Of a stretch of 64,000 bases of DNA, positions 59,951-64,000 are shown in pieces (positions within the stretch are counted from its first letter, which is position 1; each line of letters opens with the position of its first letter). Under the pieces are notes generated by a model that did no database searches, had not been told where the DNA came from, and saw nothing but the letters and a program-made list of their open reading frames with translations. Made by a program: the position numbers and the translations under genes. The stretch spans positions 43,276,001 through 43,340,000 of the forward strand of contig NC_135900.1 in assembly GCF_964194155.1 (NCBI RefSeq), read 5' to 3'. The DNA is from Cetorhinus maximus. Taxonomy: Eukaryota.

Positions 59951-62045
59951 AACATAAGAAATAGGAGCAAGGCAAGACACTTGGCTCATTGAGCCTGCTC
60001 CACCATTCAGAATGACCATGGCTGACCTTGGGCTTCAACTCCACTTTCCTGCCCGCTTCCCATTTCCATTGATTTCATGAAAGATCAGAAATCTGTTTAT
60101 CTCAGCCTTAAATATATTTAGTGATAGTGCATCCACAACCCCCTTGGGTAGAGAATTCCAAACATTCACAGCCCTCTGAGTTAAGAAATTTCTCCTCATC
60201 TCAGTCCTAAATTATCAACCCCTTATTCTGAAATTGTGCTACCTTGTTCTAGATTTCCCATCCAGAGGAAACAACGTGTCAGTATCCACCTGTCAAGCCC
60301 CTTCGGAATCTTGAATATTTCAATGAGATCACCTCTCATCCTTCCAAACTCCAGAGAATATAGATGAACATTACTCAGCCTCTCATCATAGGAGAACCCT
60401 CTCACCCAAGGGACCAACCTAGTGAACTGTTGCTGTACTGCCTCCAGTGCAAGTATGTCCTTGCCTAAAAATGAAAACCAAAATTGCACACTGTATTCCA
60501 GGTGTGATCTCACAATGGTAGCAAGATTTCTTTATTTTTGTACTCCAATCACTTTGCAATAAAGGCCAACATGCCGTGTGCTTTCCTAATTGCTTGCTGT
60601 ACTTGCATGCTAACTTTATGTTCCTTGTACGAGTATACCCAAGTCTCTCAACCTTTACAAGTTTTATACTTTTTAAGAAAAATTCTGCTTTTCTATTCTT
60701 ATGACCAAATTAAATAACCTCACACGTCCCCACATTATACTCCCGTCTGCCACCTTGTTACCCACTGTCTATATTTCTTTACAGCCTCTTTGTATCCTCC
60801 TCCCAAAAAGCTAGGTGGAAATGCAAGTTGTATCGTCAGCAAATTTAGATACATTACTCTTCATCTCTCAATATAGATTGTAAATAACTGAGGCCCCAGA
60901 TTCTTGCGGCACTCCACAAGTGAAAGCCTGCCAAATTAAGTTTGCCTGATTTATGCCTACTCTTTGCTTGTGTGTTAAGCAATCCTCTATCCATACTAAT
61001 ATATCACCCCCAACTCCATGAACCCTTCTCTTGTGTGTTAACCTTTTGTGTGGCACCGTATCAAATCCCTTTTGGAAATATAAGTGTACTACATCTACTG
61101 GTTCCACTTTATCTACTGCACTAGTTACGTCCTCAAACTCTTAATTTTGTCAAACAGGGTTTCCTTTTCATAAAGGACGTCTACTTTGTTTTAATCATAC
61201 TATGCTTTTCTAAGTGGATTGTTAAGGCTCCCTTAATAATAGATTCCTTTCCCAATGACTGGTGCCAGGCTAACTTACCTGTAGTTCCCGGTTTTCTTTT
61301 TGCCTTCTTTCTTGAATAGTGGTGTTACATTTGTTAAATTTTAATCTGCTGAGACTGTTCAAAATTTCCTTGATTGTGGGAAAATTTTAGCGCATCCACT
61401 TTGCAGCTGTCTCTTTTAGAACCTTAGGATGTAGTCCATCAGTCATGGAGATTTGGTGGATTTTAGTCCCTTGAGTTTTTCCAGTACTTTTTCTCCGTTG
61501 ATATTGATTACCTTAATTTTCAAACTCTATTAGTCCCTAGATTATCCTCTATTTCTGGTATGTAGCTTGTGTCTTCTACTGTGGAGACCGACTCAAAATA
61601 TTTGTTCAATGCCTCTACCATTTCCTCATTCCCAATTATAATTTATCCCGTCTCTGCTTCTAAGATACCTTTAGCCATTCTCTCTTACAATCTACTTTTA
61701 TAATCCTGGCTAGTTTACTCTCGTATTCTATTTATCCTTTTTATCTATTTTTTGGTGGTCCTTTGCTGATTTCTAAAACATTTAAAATCTTCAGACTTAC
61801 TACTGTTCTTTGCAACATTATAAGCCTCCTCTTTTAATCTGTTACCCTTAACCTTCTTTAGTAAGCCACAGATGGATCTTAGAGTTTTTGTGTTTCAATG
61901 GAATGTATTTTTGTTGAACGTTTTGAATTGTTTCTTTAAATGTTTCCGACTGTTTATTTATATCCATACCTTTTAGTATATTTACCCAATCGACCTTAGA
62001 CGGCTCTCCCAACATACCTATGTAGTTCACTTTAAGTTTAAGATC
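59951..62045 (-). mobile_element. CR1 LINE, 5'-truncated, degenerate
   Basis: HLEYSVQFW, FQKGFDTVPH, CGVPQES motifs; CR1 3' end at ~59951. Confidence 0.88.
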
Positions 62046-62149
62046 CTTAAACAAAGGTAATGATACCGTGTCATTTTACACATAAGTAAAGATTGTGTAG
62101 ATTCTGCAAGGTTAGGCCAGCAAAGCATCTTTTTTTTTAAACAAGAGCT

Positions 62150-62432
62150 TGTTGTAAAATGCTATGGAACATCATGAGGATATGAGAAGCCTATATAAAT
62201 AAAAGTGAATTTGTGCACACTGAATAGCCAACAATTAGCAGGGAGTTGATCTGTTTTGGTATTGTTATCTAAGGGATTAATCTTAGACAAATCATTGGGA
62301 GAACTGCCTGTTTTGCTTTGAATAGTCGATTGAAATCTTCTACATATACTTGAGGTCTTAGTTTGTCATATCTGAAAACTGCACCTCCAACAATACAGCA
62401 CTCCCACTACTGCACTGAAGTGTCAACCAAGT
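62150..62432. mobile_element. DeuSINE tail (plus, ~62150-62205) abutting a DeuSINE (minus, ~62210-62432)
   Basis: tgtaaaatgctatggaacatcatgagg...ctatataaat tail, then cacctccaacaatacagcactccc...tgcactgaagtgtca. Confidence 0.6.
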
Positions 62433-62949
62433 TTGTGTAATACATGTAAGAAGGAAACATAGCCACTTTAATTTTTAAAAGGGGATAGTAACTGACGAAA
62501 GAATAGTTTATAAGTAAGCATTCGTAGCTATGCCTTATTTACAATCCTTGTGCCGTAATCGTTATGACTTAGAGTAGAGAGATTTGAGCTTTGTGTGTTT
62601 AAAACCCATTTTATTCTCTGGGTTGTGCACCAATTTTGAATAGACAGTTGCTCCCAAGACCATGTTAAAAAAAATTTTTCCTACTAGATAATCATCTGGC
62701 AACCTCTCCATAACATGCAGCTGAGATTTGGCTACTTGCCAGTTTTGGGGTTCTGGGGAGGGAGAAAGTGGAATTGCATCCACCACTGAATATCATGCTA
62801 ATATTCTAACATGCTGCCCTTTAAATTTCTTGCATAGGAGTTCTCAATCATCGTTAGAATAGTGTTAGAACTCTGTAATATACTCCAGTTTGATTGTGAA
62901 TGTATTAACACATGCTGATTGCATTGAATGTTTTCCTTCTTTCTAACAG

Positions 62950-63033
62950 CCACACTGAAGATAAATGGGAATGTCAAAAGTGTAAAGAGAGTGCAATTGT
63001 CTCCTGCATCCTATGTTTACTTAGACAGACTGG
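62950..63033 (+). CDS. FBXO7: FBXO7 fourth coding exon (ATLKINGNVKSVKRVQLSPASYVYLDRL); gene continues past the window
   Basis: Acceptor TTCTAACAG|CC, donor G|GTAAGT; 84 nt; resembles human ATLKINNEIRSVKRLQL. Confidence 0.92.
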
Positions 63034-63084
63034 GTAAGTTTGGTTTGTAATTTCTGTGGTGGAATTTTAAACTACAAATGTAAG

Positions 63085-64000
63085 ACCATAAGATACAGGA
63101 GCAGAAGTAGGCCATTCGGCCCATCGAGTATGCTCCGTCATTCAATGAGAACATGGCTGATCTGATAATCCTCAACTCCATTTTCCAGCCTTTTCTCCAT
63201 AACCCTTGATTCCCTTACTGATTAAAAATCTGTCTATCTCAGCCTTGAATATACTTAATGACCCAGCCTCTACAGCCCTTTGTGGCAAAGAATTCCACAG
63301 ATTGACTAGCTTCTGAGAGAAGAAATTCCTCTTCATCTCTGTTTTAAATGGGCGCCACCTTACTCTGAGATTATGCCCTTTGGTCCTAGATCCTCCCACA
63401 AGGGAAACAACCTCTCAGCATCAACCCTGTTAAGCCCTCTAAGAATTTTATATGTTTCAATAAGGTTGCTTCTCATTCTTCTAAACTCCAATGAGTACAG
63501 GCCCAACCTACTCAATCTCTCAGCTTAAGAAAATTCCTCCATACCTGGGATCAGCCTAGCAGACCTTCTCTGGACTGCCTCTAATGCTGGTTTATCTCCC
63601 CTTAGATAAGGGGACCAAAATTGTTCACAGTATTCTAGGTGTGGCCTAACTAGTGCCTTGTGTAGTTTTAACAGGACTTCCCTATTTTTATACTCCATTC
63701 CCTTTGAAATAAAGGCCAACATTCCATTTGCCTTCCCTGTTACCTGTTGAACTTGTATGTTAGCTTTATGGGATTCATGCACAAGGACTCCCAAATTTAT
63801 TAGAATTCTTTAAGGAGGTAACAAGCAGGATGGATAAAGGGGAACCAGTAGATGTAATATATTTGGGTTTCCCAAGGTGTTCGATAAGGTACTGCACATA
63901 AGGCTACATAAGATAAGAGCCCAAGGTGTTGGGGGTAGTATATTAGCATGGATAGGGGATTGGCTAACTAATAGTCAAGTCCTCTGCCATTTCCTAGTTC
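63085..64000 (-). mobile_element. Young CR1 3' end with an inverted RT segment (63792-63974)
   Basis: 63085-63795 closely matches 28716-29405; 63792-63974 is the reverse complement of the 29770-29945 region. Confidence 0.85.

Overview
Eukaryotic vertebrate genomic DNA, most likely a cartilaginous fish (shark); this is inferred from the repeat landscape of CR1 LINEs, SacSINE1-like DeuSINEs and Penelope elements. Two divergently transcribed genes are present. RTCB (tRNA-splicing ligase) is complete on the minus strand: 12 coding exons, 26949->3534, 1518 nt, 505 aa, all GT-AG introns. FBXO7 is partial on the plus strand: four coding exons from 39832 to 63033, continuing beyond the window, with a probable non-coding first exon in a CpG island at ~34.7-35.1 kb. 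A 200-N assembly gap lies in RTCB intron 1. Much of the remaining sequence is transposable elements: nested CR1s, Penelope-like elements with minimal hammerhead motifs, a Gmr1-type Gypsy element plus a related solo LTR, a Harbinger transposon and MITEs, RTE and Vingi fragments, and DeuSINEs. The most unusual signal is a single-ORF LINE family (5400-7247, 53030-54150). It starts with a tRNA-Thr(AGT)-like Pol III promoter, its sense strand is almost free of oligo-T Pol III terminators, and it is matched by head+tail SINE-like elements with two different junctions (41620-42035, 24038-24375). This suggests a Pol III-transcribed, protein-coding retrotransposon with its own SINE derivatives. All family assignments are by eye and from recalled consensus motifs; no database search was run, and TE boundaries without a stated TSD or TIR are approximate.
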